64,000 nt of DNA. Origin: Takakia lepidozioides (Eukaryota; Plantae; Bryophyta). A model generated the notes under the pieces. The model was not told where the DNA came from. It did no database searches and worked only from the letters and a program-made list of their open reading frames with translations. The position numbers were made by a program, and so were the translations under genes. The stretch is from assembly GCA_030704615.1 (NCBI GenBank), contig CM060734.1, forward strand, positions 62,248,001 to 62,312,000, read 5' to 3'. Of this stretch, positions 1 through 12,304 are shown piece by piece (within the stretch, counting starts at the first letter, position 1; each line of letters starts with the position of its first letter).

Positions 1-1353
1 TCCTCCTCTCACTCAAGGTGATTCCAGTTTGAGTTTCCACACCCTGGTAGTAGACACATCCAGGAGGTTCAAATCCTGTCAGGACTCTATCTCGAGGGTA
101 TGTCATAGGCAACATTTGACGGGAATGGTCAAAAAGTACCTATGTATGCCACCTAAGAGAGAAGCATAATTGTGGGACCTGCTGTGAAAAGTAGCGCATC
201 TGTTCTTTATTTTCTGTTGCCACCTTCATCAGGCCTCCCTTGACAACCTGCCCTCAGCCCACACACATCATTCAGAGATTGTCTACAAACACTTGGCATG
301 CCATTAGGCAATTAGTACAGAAGTCCAAGTTTTCATGTAGCAGGGATCTTGCAGTTACTTCTGAATCAGAAATCTGAGAGCAGGTCAAAGAAATGGGTTT
401 CATACCTGCTTGCCGTTTCAACAGTTTCAACTCCTGTTCAAACTAGCTTGAGGATCCAGCTTTTCTACAACACCTGCCAGCCCAGCAAAGCTCACAGTCG
501 ACCTCCGGCCCCAAGAGCGTAGCCAACGTCACCAAGGTAGAATGATTCTGACCTTCAACTCGATTATCCAATGCTCCTTGCAATGCCTCTTGATGTGCTG
601 CACTCGGCCACTAACACTGGCAGCCATCATCATCTCTTGGTGCATCCACTCTCTCTAGTGTTGCCTAAACCCTTTCACACGTTAGGAAAGCTAAGAGTCA
701 GCACAGTCGCTCTCCCACTTTCGGCACAGAAGCAGTATCAAGGCGAAGTGTAGGGAGAGACCAACCAGAACAGCCCCCATTCCTTAGTTTGCACATCAGG
801 TTCTTTCACCATCACTTAACACCTCAATGGCCAATGCAATATATTTACTGGTAGTGACTGCAAGAGGTCATTGGTGCATCTAGTGTGACCCCCCTAGCTC
901 ACACGCGGGAAAATAGACAACATTGTGCACCGTAAAGCCCTTCAAAGTCTGGCTTCTGTGGCATTCCTGTCTCCTTCCTCCTCTCTCCTCAATTTAAAAC
1001 TTAAAATGAATATAAAGGACTGCAAAGGCAGACCTGTCAAAACAGGGAGTGGAACCAAACCTCACACTGGGCATATGGGACAAGAAACCCAACAAATAAA
1101 AGCATACACCAAGAGGAAAGGAGACGAAAACTCAGAAAAGAAGAGTAGGGCTATTCTCATTCTTGCAGGGGCCAAAAACCCACAGAACTTTTCCTCCCTT
1201 TCCCTCCACTTTCCTATCACATTTACTAGAACCCTAACCCATCCTTCATAAGACTATTCTGCGGATTAGGTCCAAGTCCTGGAACGTACGATTCTGGGGA
1301 TGTATGATTTCCTAGAAGTAAAACCACTTTGTACAGAGAAGCACTTGAAAGAG

Positions 1354-3036
1354 TCAGGGCACTAATTGCAACATGTGAAGCCCTGCATCAAATCCCAACC
1401 CAGTGGTAGCTGCTGGCATTAGTTCCCCATCCACCATACCCCCGAAGATGAGAAGGGAATGCCCGGAGTCCAGAGCACAAGCTCCATGGAAAGACCTCTT
1501 ACTGGGGGGTTGTCCCCATTGCTTGAGTTTCTTCCAGAATTTCTGGGCTAATTTGTTTGCCTTGAACTCTGCTGCATTCTGAGGAAAGCTCAAAATACAG
1601 GATGAAGGTCTGCCAACCAGCACCCCCGCACTGGGATCGAGAATCCAAACATCTCCCTTGCGAAGCCTTCGTGCATCCTCCCCTCCAAATATCAGAATTC
1701 TACCACCGAAAATAAGGGTCGCTGAATGGCCTGCCCGAGGAGGTGGACAGTCATGTAGAGGCTGCAGCTCAGAGGCCCGCAGCTCAAGCCACAATGGCAT
1801 ATCTCCTTCCAGATCTAGCAACCACACATCATTCAACACTTCAAACCTTGTTCCGCGACCTCCAAACAAGACCATGCGCTTGCCCCCAATCCAGGTCAGA
1901 GAATGGCCTGACCTGGCTGACGGTGACACAGGGGTGGCCACTTCATGCCAAGATGGGCAGCTTTCCTCCAAATCCAGCAACCATGTATCCCCTAGTCGCA
2001 CCCCATCTGCCCCAATGCCTCCATAGATCACGACCATCCTCTCACCCGCATAACAGCCAGCATGTGCGCCTCGTGGAAGAGGCGATTTAGCAACTTCCAG
2101 CAATTCCCACGCAGAGTTCTCGCAAGGATTTGTCCCACATATACCTCTGTTCAGCCATGTGTCACACTGGCGAGTTCCCTTGTCGTTGATGCCTCCGAAG
2201 AGCACGAGAGTATCACCAACCGCTGAACAGCTTTGGCCAAACCTTCCTGACGGACTTCCAAAGCTGCCCTGTTGCCAAGCCACGGCCTCCGTCATGTCAC
2301 TGGGAAGGGATGCTACCCATGTGTCATCCAGATGACGCCCACCAGCACAGCCACCACCAAACACAGTAATTCGTCCTGCAACTGTGTTCATTGAGTGAGA
2401 TGCCCGGGGAGCTGGCCATACATCACTTTGATCAATTCTGTGCCACGATGCTGCCTTCAAAATCAACATCTGCCGATACACCCGCTTCCACCCACCATTC
2501 TGTCGCCCAACAGAAGGCCATGCATGCACGGCCCTGCTTCCCCAATCATGCGTACAAAGAAATGCCCAAACTGCATCACAATCGGCGAGCTCCCGAAAGC
2601 GATGGCACGTCATGCCAAACGAGATCACAGATTGCACTGGCAAAAGCTTGAGGATGGTCAAAACCTGGTCTGACCCCAACACATATATGCCCGCCTCTGC
2701 TGAACCATCCCTGCCATCCTGATACTGTGACCACTTCGTAACCATGTCCGTGTCAATCGTGCCTCCTCCACTCCAGCAAAATGACTTCCAGCTTACCGCC
2801 TCTGTCTCCTCCGATCTCTTGTCCGAACTTGTGCAAGGGTTTATGAGCGAGAGCGCACCCTCCTCCCCCCCTTTCCCAAACTGCAATACGCGGTCCCTCC
2901 CTGGAAGCATCCAGCATCGTCGCCACAACGGCATGCAATAGCTCTCACACAAGAACCCACAATCAAATACAACGGGGACACATGCCCCCGTGACAGTCAG
3001 AATCTCTGGCACGCATTTTGAGCTCCAACTCATCAT
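1354..3036 (-). CDS. F-box/kelch-repeat protein (At1g51550-like), intronless
   Basis: 560-aa ORF with an F-box (DQVLTILKLLPVQSVISFGMTCHRFRELADCDAVW) followed by kelch repeats (PAPRASHS, SGRFGQS, PRGAHA, SARSGHS, PPRAGHS, SKRSFHG, each with an FGG/YGG motif). True start could be a downstream Met. Confidence 0.9.
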   Translation of the reverse strand: MMSWSSKCVPEILTVTGACVPVVFDCGFLCESYCMPLWRRCWMLPGRDRVLQFGKGGEEGALSLINPCTSSDKRSEETEAVSWKSFCWSGGGTIDTDMVTKWSQYQDGRDGSAEAGIYVLGSDQVLTILKLLPVQSVISFGMTCHRFRELADCDAVWAFLCTHDWGSRAVHAWPSVGRQNGGWKRVYRQMLILKAASWHRIDQSDVWPAPRASHSMNTVAGRITVFGGGCAGGRHLDDTWVASLPSDMTEAVAWQQGSFGSPSGRFGQSCSAVGDTLVLFGGINDKGTRQCDTWLNRGICGTNPCENSAWELLEVAKSPLPRGAHAGCYAGERMVVIYGGIGADGVRLGDTWLLDLEESCPSWHEVATPVSPSARSGHSLTWIGGKRMVLFGGRGTRFEVLNDVWLLDLEGDMPLWLELRASELQPLHDCPPPRAGHSATLIFGGRILIFGGEDARRLRKGDVWILDPSAGVLVGRPSSCILSFPQNAAEFKANKLAQKFWKKLKQWGQPPSKRSFHGACALDSGHSLLIFGGMVDGELMPAATTGLGFDAGLHMLQLVP

Positions 3037-3071
3037 CCAATTGGGATCCTCAGTCTCTCTACATGGGTTGA

Positions 3072-3133
3072 GGGCTGTGTTGACGAGGATGGTTAGTGTG
3101 GCAGGGCTGTGTTGACCAGGATGGTTAGTGTGG
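3072..3133. repeat. 31-bp tandem duplication upstream of the F-box gene
   Basis: gggctgtgttgac[g/c]aggatggttagtgtggc occurs twice in tandem. Confidence 0.85.
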
Positions 3134-4047
3134 CCCTTGTTGGATGTTAAAGTCTTCTTTCTGTTTCCTCTTTGAGGGCATCCTGTTTCTCAGCGATCTT
3201 CCACTCTTGGCTTTTATAGTGCATCACTATAAATACGCGTATGTCTGTATCGATATTCTCGCCGAGATCTCTGTTGACCCTTTTGCTTTGTGTTCTTTCA
3301 AATGTATTCGCGAAGCTGTGCTGGGGAGATGGGTTGGCATGTACATCAGATCTTGGTGTCTGACAGGAGCTGGTGGATGTGGGGGATTGGTCATATGAGA
3401 CAACGGTGACTAGATTTGAGTAAGTTGCTATGGACCTGCAAATGGAACTCTGTACATACACACAAGTGGATTCATATGCCTTCTTAGCAATGACTGGGAC
3501 TCGTGGTTGCCAGAAGAGTCTCCACTGCAGCAGGAGGATACCGGACTGAAGGTAGAGAGGATCTTCATGATGTGATTGCCTGTAGCCACTTTCAGAAATA
3601 AAACAGGCAAGGTAAAATGTTGTATGCAAAATGGCAATCCAGCCTCACCCTCACATCCCCCTGCCCAAATTTCCTCAGACCTTGAAACCCTCAGCTAAGT
3701 TCTCCACATGCAGCCTACTCTTCAGGGGTTCCCCTTCCTGTCGCTGCATTCCTTTAAATGCTTGAGCATATGTTTCAGAGAGCAAGGTTGAAGGGTGTGG
3801 AGTGATGAAAATGGTGGAGGTTGCCCCCTCTTACAGACGGGCTCCAAACTTGCTGGATGAGAGCTTCAGCACAGGAACATCGTCACTATTTTCAACTGAT
3901 GAAGAAGCAAGTTTGTACCCTCTCTCACTCCATAGCTCCGTCAAACAACCTCTTATGAGTAACGTTGTCTCTGCGTAGTCTCTGTTTACCAACTTTCAAA
4001 ACCTTGAGGCTGAATAATTGAGTATTGTGATGTGTGAGAGAGAGAGA

Positions 4048-4150
4048 CCTATCAGAAAGAATCGCTGGGTCAGAGCCATCCTTCAGGATGTTGGCACCCA
4101 GAACCGCCTTCTCCAGCAGCTCCTTGCTCACCACTGGTGGCGGTGGCACC
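4048..4150 (-). pseudogene. Fragment of mitochondrial ribosomal protein mL54 (L37-type)
   Basis: SKELLEKAVLGANILKDGSDPAILSD resembles the conserved plant mL54 segment (VGANILKDGxDPKILPDSEYPDWL). The following EYPDWLW exon was not found. Lies next to the LINE tail. Confidence 0.5.
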
Positions 4151-5044
4151 CACAAACACACGAATTGGTGGAGAATGACAAAGCTCTGAAGAAGTTGTCT
4201 TCCACTAGGAGATTGGCGTTGGGACTTCTACCCTTCCGTCTCCAAGAGATGCCAAATCTTCGTATGGCCTCAAGCCAAACTCCAAAGGAAAGACATGTGG
4301 CCAATATTACACAGAACAGGCACAACACGCAAATGGATAGTACATATACCATCTGATCGAGATTTCATCGACTTCGCAGGAGTAGAACCGCCAGCCTTCT
4401 TCGAGGGTCCACGAAGGCGTACCCGGCCATCATCATCTTTGATTTTCACACCCTAGCTTCAACCCCTAAACCTCTCGATTCTGTCCGTCATGTATTACTT
4501 TTCTTTTTTTTCTTTTTTTTAATTTAGAAAGGGGGATAGTAGCCCTGTAAATTTATTAAAAAGGAGGTAAGGAAAAAATAACCTTACAGAGAGCCATAAG
4601 GCTGATGACTGAGATACCACTATGAGCCTGCACATCTAAAGAGAGGGGGGAGATAAAGTGGACAAAGCTAAGGCATGGCAGAAGAGCCAAGCATCAACTT
4701 CTGTGGGGAGCTCCACTCCATCAGCAGGGCCTGAGCTGGAGCCATAAACTAACTACACCATTTTGTAGCACTAGCAGCAGACAACTATGGCAAGAAAGAA
4801 AATGTAACCAATAACCCTAGCAGCAGGGAGGAGAGCAAGAAGCATAGATCAAGGAAGGGGTACCCTGGCCCCAGCCTGACTGACCAAAGAAATGATCAAA
4901 TCTTCCAAAAAGGAAGGTAGGGAAGTAGAATCCTTCTCGTAATCAAGAGGAACCCCGCTTCCTTTTGGGATTCTCAAATGATAATTGCGCCTTAGATTTT
5001 GCCGTCTAAGACTTCTTTTGTGCCTCCAATTCACTTCTCCTTCT

Positions 5045-8000
5045 TCAGATTCGAGGGAGGACCGTTTGGCTCCTATGGAACTGCCACCAGGGTGGGAGGT
5101 CTTCGAACCACTGAACTCTTGACTCTGAAATCCGTCTGCAGAAGAACCCTCCCCTCCCCCACGAGCTGTCAAATGCTGCAACGAGCTGGTTTCTCCTTCT
5201 GTTATTGCACCCGGAAAGAGCTGCCACCAAAACATCCCATGCCTTGCGAGCCTCAGACAACATGTCTGAGTGAACTAAGAACAAAAGTTTCTGCAAACAT
5301 GGAATTGAATTTTGGAATAGGGTAGAGCATCTCATTTTCCAGATATGCCAGAGAGTGATGCCTCTAAGAGCAACCCAAACAGGGCAAGAGCAGAAGGATC
5401 TGCCATCCTTGATATTGAGAAGAAGAGCAGAAATGGGGTATATGAGATCCCTGTCCCAAGAAGAATAGCACGAGCCCAACATAACCAGCAAATGGGCAGG
5501 ACACTAAGCAATGTTCCAGATCCTCAGGGGCGTTTCTATTGCATGTGGCACATTTCAAAGGAGGGTCAGAGATGTAGTGTCCAACTGGAATTTACGGTTG
5601 GTGATTTTCCAAAGAAAGGCAGACATTTTGGAAGATCTCTGCTTTCTCCATATGTCTGCCCAGTTTCCAATGAATCGGTTGTCCGCCAAGGTGAGCCCAT
5701 TTGTTTGACCATTTCCTGTCAAAGGTTTGATTGGCATCAGTAGAGAATATCCTATCTTAACCGTGTAAGAGAAGAAGTGATCCTTGTTTTTGCTCATCCA
5801 ATGCCACTCTCCTGGGTCAAACTGCAATTGACCGACAGGAGCCGATAGGAACCATATGAAGAAGCCACTATAAAGTTGGAGCTCAAGCCGGGGAGGGGGG
5901 GGGGGATCAGCATTACCAGAATTTGAGCAGAATACTCTAATGTCATAGCAGTCCGACCTGGCAGGAAGCTCGCCGAGGCTGGGGATTAAGGAGAAAACCA
6001 TCACTTGCCACACTGAATCTTGTACCCAAAATGTGGTTAGGATCAATGGATGTGGCATATAGCGCGAATTTCTCCGAAGCCTGGGAGAATCCCAACCATC
6101 TAGGAACAGATCTCAAGTGTCGATTTGCCAACAACTGAGTCTAGATGGGGGGTAGGTCTTCCAAAATTGTGCCCCGACCAGAAGCCACTCTTCTCTGGGA
6201 GAACCTTGCTGCTGCTTCTTCCATGGAAATAGGCAAACCAGAATCTTGGTTCCAAAAATGCAGCATGTGCGACAAACCTGCTGCTTCCCAATGAGACCAT
6301 CTTCCAGAACAGTACACCAAGGTCTCAGAGTCCATGTTGAAGTTTCCGAAAAGAGGCTGTCTGATTACTTCATCATAGGAGGTGGGTTGCAGCTGATAGA
6401 GGGAGTCACGGAGCCTACACCAGGAAATCCATATCGATGCCAAGCTTTGGATCCAACAGCAGGTTTGGCGTTCGTTTTTCCTCCTTGCACGGGCTTGTTT
6501 TAGGCACTGCTGCCATCAAATGGTGCCTCACCAATTTACTCCAGGGACTAGATAAGTTGGTGAAACCCTCGGCACCCATTTAGCCAGCAATGTTGTTATC
6601 TGAGACTCTGGATCAAGCACTCCAAGACCACCATGTTTTTTTCCCTGGTAGATCTGAGCCCAACTAACAAGTTTTTATTAGATGTAGCATCCGTGGCACC
6701 CCAGATAAAATTCCGAGTCAGAGATTTGAGCTTCTTGATGAAGGATGCCCCTAGTGACCATACAGAGGAGGTGAACCAAGAGGAAGCCAGCAGTATTTGA
6801 TTGGCCACCAAGGCTCTCCCAACCACCGTAAGGTGAAGTGAACTCCAGTATGCAAATCTTCTTTTCAGCTTAATTAGAACAGCTTCTACCCTGCTGTCAT
6901 CTGAGATGTCAATCCCAATCTGATGTCCCAGAGATTCGTGGGTCTGGCCCTCGGCAAGCCACTTTAACCCCAAGTCATCTCCCCATGGATCACAATGTTT
7001 CATAATGGCATTTGCTGGCAGCTGGCTGAGAAGGCCGTTAGATTTGCCCCAGTATATTTTCAGGCCGGAAGCTTCACAAAAGCTATTAAGGGAGCTAAGA
7101 GTGGAGGAGACATTGGCAGAGGATCTATTATCTATGTACAAGGTAGTGTCGTCAGCATAGAGAGAAGATCTAATGGAGGTAGAGGGGTCCAGAGATGAGG
7201 AGTGAGGGATAATGAGACCAAGGGAATCATTTCTCTTATCCATTAAGTGTCCAAGCCCGTCTGCAGCAATGAGGAAAAGGAAAGGGGCTAATGGGCCACC
7301 CTGCCTAACAGATTTAAAGAGCTGAAAAGAATTGGAGAGGGTACCATTGATGATAACTCTACTAGAGGCCGAAGAAAGGAGGATATCTATCCAAGACAGG
7401 AAACTCCCATTGAACCCAATGGCTTTTAGGGCCCCCAACAGATATGTCCAGTTGATATTGTCGAAAGCTTTCTGGAAATCCAGCATAAGCAAAGCCAGGG
7501 GTTGCTGATTCGAATGAGCTACATGCAAGGCCTCATTAGTGAGGAGGATGTTGTCCAAAATCATCTTGTACTTTAGGAAGCCAGTTTGCTCCGGCCTTAT
7601 AAGCTTGGAGAGGAGCGGTTGCAAGCGCAAGGCAAGCACCTTTGCCAAGATTTTGTAGGTGGAGTTTAAAAGAGTGATAGGCATGTAGTTGGAGAGATTG
7701 TCCCTGTCCCCCTTCTTATAAATGAGAGTGATCACTCCCTGTGACATTTGGGAGGGCATGACGCCTTTCTGGAGGACATCATTGGCCATATTTAGGAAAT
7801 CATCAGCGATGCACTCCCACATACTCTTGAAGAATTCCACTGGTAGCCCATCCAGCCCTGGTGTCTTCATCGAGCTCAATGATTCCATGGCCTGCTGCAA
7901 CTCTTCAGTAGAAAGGGGCTTGGAGAGCAAGGCTTGTTCTGCTGTCGACAGCAAGGAGGGGAAGGAACTGAGCACCTCCTCTCTGGAAGACTGCGCAAGA

Positions 8001-9309
8001 GCCGAGTCAGCATGTTTTGAGAAGAGAGCCGCGAAATGCGCAGCCGCTGCTGAAGCCATTTCTTTGGGACTGTCAATACTGAGACCACTAGGGCCAGCGA
8101 TGCAGGTGATGAAAGTGGATTCCCTCCTTTGCTTTGCCTTTTGGAAGAAGTAAGAATTCATTTTCTCACCTTTCAAGGACCAGTTGACCCTTGCCCTAGA
8201 TCTCAGGAATTTATCCGAATCAGCAATAAGACCCCCAGATTTCGCTTGGCAGCTAGGTATCTTTCCATAATGGCAGGGTTTGTGACACCTATTTCCAGTC
8301 TTTTTTGACAGTGTGTGAGACACTTTGTCAAGGCTTTGAGCCGCTGAGATCTTTCCTGCGCCAGGGATCTTGATAATGACCGAGCCAACTTTCTTGTGGC
8401 CTGCAGCTTGTGAAGGAAGACCACTGTTGGAGAAGTGAAGTTGTTCCCCGAATTCTGCCACATTTCTTTCAACAACATGATGTGCTCTTCTTTCTTCAGA
8501 ACTGCTGTATCCAGCTTAAAGTACCCCCGACCTCTACCGTGCGCTCCGGGTGGGGTAAATGCCACAGCCACCGACGCATGGTCGAAGTCTGGCAAAATTG
8601 GAGCTTGTGGGAGACATTTTGACCAAGACAGGGGGAAGTGCGAGCAATACACTCTATCCAGGCGAGCCATGCTCAAGTTTGGTGGCTGCCTCAAATTGGA
8701 CCAGATGAAGTTCAAGCCCAGTGTAGAGTCCGAGACAGCATCAGTCAACCCAATGGAGAAGCATAGCCTATCCCAGGGCACCTACTCAACATCTGACAGG
8801 AAGTGAGATGAGTGCGCAAGCCGATCGGAAAAACTATCCTCCATGTTGAAGTCTCCCGCTAAGATCCAATTAGTAACCAGGGGAAGGTTGACGATCTTGT
8901 CCCTGACTGAATCCCACAAGGCAGCTCTCTCCAGGGAAGAGTTAGGTGCGTACACATTGAGGAAGGCGGTGGACCCGAAGGATGAGGTAGGTTCAGTGAA
9001 GAGGCATTGAATTCGTCCCTGCATCCAAATCTGAACCTCTTTGATGGACGAGGTCAGTGTAGGAGAAATAAGAATGGCAGTACCCCCTCGTGAGGTTGCA
9101 ACCGTGGGGTTCCACCAAGAAAGGTTGTCTGCCCAGAAGGTGTTCCCTATAGAATTTATCTTAGCAGCATCCAATTTAGTTTCTTGCAGGAAGATGATGG
9201 AAGGTGACGACATCAAGGAGGAGGCCCAACGCATGATTTTCCTTCTATTGGGCACTGAGGCATCTGATCCAATGCCTCGGATGTTCCACGAGTGCAGGAA
9301 CCATGTCAT
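5045..9309 (-). pseudogene. LINE ORF2: AP endonuclease, reverse transcriptase, C-terminal CCHC finger
   Basis: SWNIRG, FLQETK, NVYAPN, GDFN, ARLDR, DH (APE); PGLDG, DFQKAFD, RQGGPLAP, YADD (RT); CATC...EDLEHCLVSC (zf). Broken by a stop at 8782 and several frameshifts. Confidence 0.92.
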
Positions 9310-9543
9310 GATGGACACAATGAGCAGCCTATGGATGTCGGTCCATGATTTGATGGCTGGTGATGACACTGGGTAGGGTTTCCATCTGTAAAAATGCAGG
9401 TAGCAGGAAACAAGTGGAAACAAATGCAGGCCCATAGCCTTCTGAAGCAAGAGAATCGAAGACTTGCACTACCAGTCAACAATTCAGTCACTTCAGGTCT
9501 GAAATCGTCAACACTATCAGTCATCAGATCTGTCTTTTAAAAG

Positions 9544-10284
9544 CTAGGGGCAATCAACTTTAACATGCCCATCCTTGTGACAATGATGGCATATGATGCT
9601 GAGGCACTCGTCAAAAACAGCAACTGTGATATAAGCATTGTCCAGGGTGGGCAGTTTCAAGGACTCCTGGATTTTCACACTTTCCGGCATCCACACAACT
9701 AGCTTGGGAACCCCCGAATCCCAGGAGGGGTCCAAATGGCCTTCAGAATCGATGCTCAGCTGCTCCAACTCCTCAAAATCACTAACATTTAGGGAGCCTA
9801 TGTATGAACCGAAATGAGCCCCTATCTCGGGTAAAGATCTCAAATAGCTCCCAGGCAGAAAAGACAAGGCTATGATCCTTGGTTTGCAAGCGACACCTAA
9901 TCTGTGTCCCCAATGAGCTGGCCAAGGGAATATGTGCACTCTAAACCTTGATTTCCTAACATTGAACTTCAGGGCTTTGGCAGCATCCTCAGCAGAACTA
10001 AACACGATCGAGAAGAACCCTCTACCCTGGGGGTGACAAAAATGAGGGGTGAGGCCACCCACAGTCCCAAGGTGTTCAGTGGTCCACGTTCTCGCCCAGT
10101 GCTTGTTTCTAACCCTTGCTGGAAAATACAACAAGATCCCTTGTTCTGACAGCAGCTTAGTGTGCTCCTTAATGACATTCATGTCGAGACTTAAAATTGG
10201 TTGATCTTCGGAGGATTTTGCAGCAGCCTCGCTCCAGGTCTCAAGCTGTCTTTTCGTGGTATTACTTAATAGTCGTATGGCCAT
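9544..10284 (-). CDS. LINE ORF1 (RRM-like region plus zinc knuckle), possibly truncated
   Basis: GRGFFSIVFSSAEDAAKAL segment and terminal CHHCHKDGHVKVDCP (CX2CX4HX4C), directly upstream of ORF2. Confidence 0.8.
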   Translation of the reverse strand: MAIRLLSNTTKRQLETWSEAAAKSSEDQPILSLDMNVIKEHTKLLSEQGILLYFPARVRNKHWARTWTTEHLGTVGGLTPHFCHPQGRGFFSIVFSSAEDAAKALKFNVRKSRFRVHIFPWPAHWGHRLGVACKPRIIALSFLPGSYLRSLPEIGAHFGSYIGSLNVSDFEELEQLSIDSEGHLDPSWDSGVPKLVVWMPESVKIQESLKLPTLDNAYITVAVFDECLSIICHHCHKDGHVKVDCP

Positions 10285-10319
10285 TTTTTTCCTTGAATCA
10301 GGTATGATATTATCTGTCC

Positions 10320-12300
10320 TTCAAGCCGCCATTCTTCCTCGCATGGAGGAACCCTGGAGCTGACTCCATGTACACTGATGTTATCGTGAAGGAGTGGCAT
10401 CTGGAGCATTTGCACGACTTGCCCTTGGTATGTGAACCTTCCGCCCGGCTTGCTCGACTCATCCGAGTTACAATTGAAGCTGGATGCGGAAGCCCGACGA
10501 AACCGGGCTCTGCTACCTCCGCTGGGTCCAAAAGAGGCGAAAGCGCTTGCCAAGTCCAGGAAAGCGGCAGAGCTTGCTCAGGCAGGTATTCACGAGAAAT
10601 TGAATGAGAAGAATAAAGAACAAATGAAAAGGACACGGAAACAGGGAGTAAAGTAACCCCCAAAAAACAGAAAACCACCGGGGCACCAGAGGAGGCGCAG
10701 GAGGGCCCCCAAGGGAGTGACTCCGACGACGACTTTGTGCAAGGTCCTGCGACTGCTGCTGCTGCTACCAAGTCACCGGTCGTCCAGGTTCCCAAGTCAG
10801 TTCGAACTGGGATTGGCTCTACCAAGAAGTTGGCATTTGAGGGCGAGCCTACACGGCGGTATTCGGCGGTGACGTTTCCGCAGAGGCCAAAGCTAGAACC
10901 CCCAACCATCATCCAATGTGTCAATGAGAGCTTCCTTGACACTTTGGCTGCCAGGGCGAAGAAGGTGGCACACAGCAAGTCTCTGGAGGAGCTGAAGGGA
11001 AAAGCCAAGAAGAGGGCTCCCAGTACAGAGCCTAAAGACACCCCTAGTTTCGAATCCATGATGGAATTCTTCACGGCTGTGAGCACGGATTGCAAGAGCA
11101 CTCGGGGGGGTTGAGGTGGAGAGAGCCTACGATATGATTCTCCTCGATATTCCAGATGGGGAGCTGCTAGAGGGCCTGGATGGTGTGCCCACCTGGAACA
11201 AGTTTACTGAGGACTACTGGAGAGCCGGGTTTGGGCTGGCGGGGATGCTCCTGGATGACGGTGGATGTATTGTGGTCCTTGCCACAAGAGGGAAGACCAC
11301 AAACAATGCAAGGTGGACACCAAAAAGTGTCACCCCGGTCCTCCTCAAGAAATGGTTCTGCATGAATACGCAGAGGTTGCGAACAGAGGGCCAGAGTGTA
11401 AGTTATCAATCTATTGCATTCACTTCATATTGTGGTGTATCTGAACTAGACCCTGGAGTTGATCCCTCTTTTGTTGGATGTGCAGACATTGGTGTTTGAG
11501 GCATATTATTTTGTGAAGAGAGGGTCTACGTTCAAATTTTGCAACGACGGTCGTCTTGTTGATGCCCCTGTGGACCCTGTTACCTACGATGTTCTCTATA
11601 ACTATGTGCCCTACTCCAGTATGCCGAAGGACACAAAGACAGGCAAACCGTGGCGGTACAGCCGGACCCGGAGCCTGCTTTCATCCAAAACCTCATGGAG
11701 ACGTGCTCGGATGTCCAAGGGCGGATTCTTGACCTCACATGCGGCACGGGTAAGCCTTCACGTGCACAGTTTGTCTCCTGGCCTGATTGCAATTGCAATT
11801 GCAAGCTACTAACTGCCCGCTTTGTCCCTCAGGTGCTTCAATGTGGGCAGGGACGTTGTCCGACAGGCATGTCTTCGCCTTCGAGCCAGATACTGCCCTC
11901 CACAACTCCGAACTTGCAGCGGCTGAACGTCTGCCGAAAGAGGAAGAGGCATCCTCGGAGGATGAGGAAGAATCCGAGAAGGAGCAGGGGGAGGTACAAG
12001 TTGGGATTGAGGCCGAGGAGCCCCCGGTTTACGAGTGAGTGATTGCATTGTAAGTTGCCTCCTAATTTCGTGAGGCACCTCCCTTCGCTCTCTTATTTCA
12101 TTGAAAGACCCTTTTTTGCTTCTACTGGTATTGACATTCTTTAAAGTGGATTTGTTCTTACTGCAGGATGTCAAGTACTGCAGGAGGGACGTCTACACTG
12201 CAGTTCATGGGCAGGAGGAATATGCCTTTTTTGCCAGGGGGGATTTCATGTCGAGTCCAGAAAGGGACTACACAAAACTTAAGCCAAAATGGAATGAATA
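10320..12300 (+). pseudogene. Spliced, frameshifted gene with a beta-class N4-cytosine/N6-adenine DNA methyltransferase domain
   Basis: Motif IV-like YDMILLDIPDG (~11128-11160) precedes motif X/I EPAFIQNLMETCSDVQGRILDLTCGTG|ASMWAGTLSDRHVFAFEPD. GT-AG introns 11398-11485 and 11750-11832 splice in frame. Frameshifts near 10650, 11110 and 11670. Gene boundaries approximate. Confidence 0.7.
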
Positions 12301-12304
12301 CATG

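Larger units (their letters stand above)
4499..10290 (-). mobile_element. L1-clade LINE retrotransposon, decayed, 5' end uncertain
   Basis: ORF1 and ORF2 (APE-RT-zf) on the minus strand. T-run at 4499-4520 is the poly(A) tail, preceded on the minus strand by AATAAA. No TSD found. Confidence 0.92.

Noticed and set aside
1-1350. Short ORFs and possible minus-strand exon signals
   Set aside because: No recognisable protein; in-frame stops suggest UTR or intergenic sequence.
10310-11101. 263-aa minus-strand ORF
   Set aside because: Antisense shadow of the Lys-rich plus-strand coding region of the amino-MTase gene.
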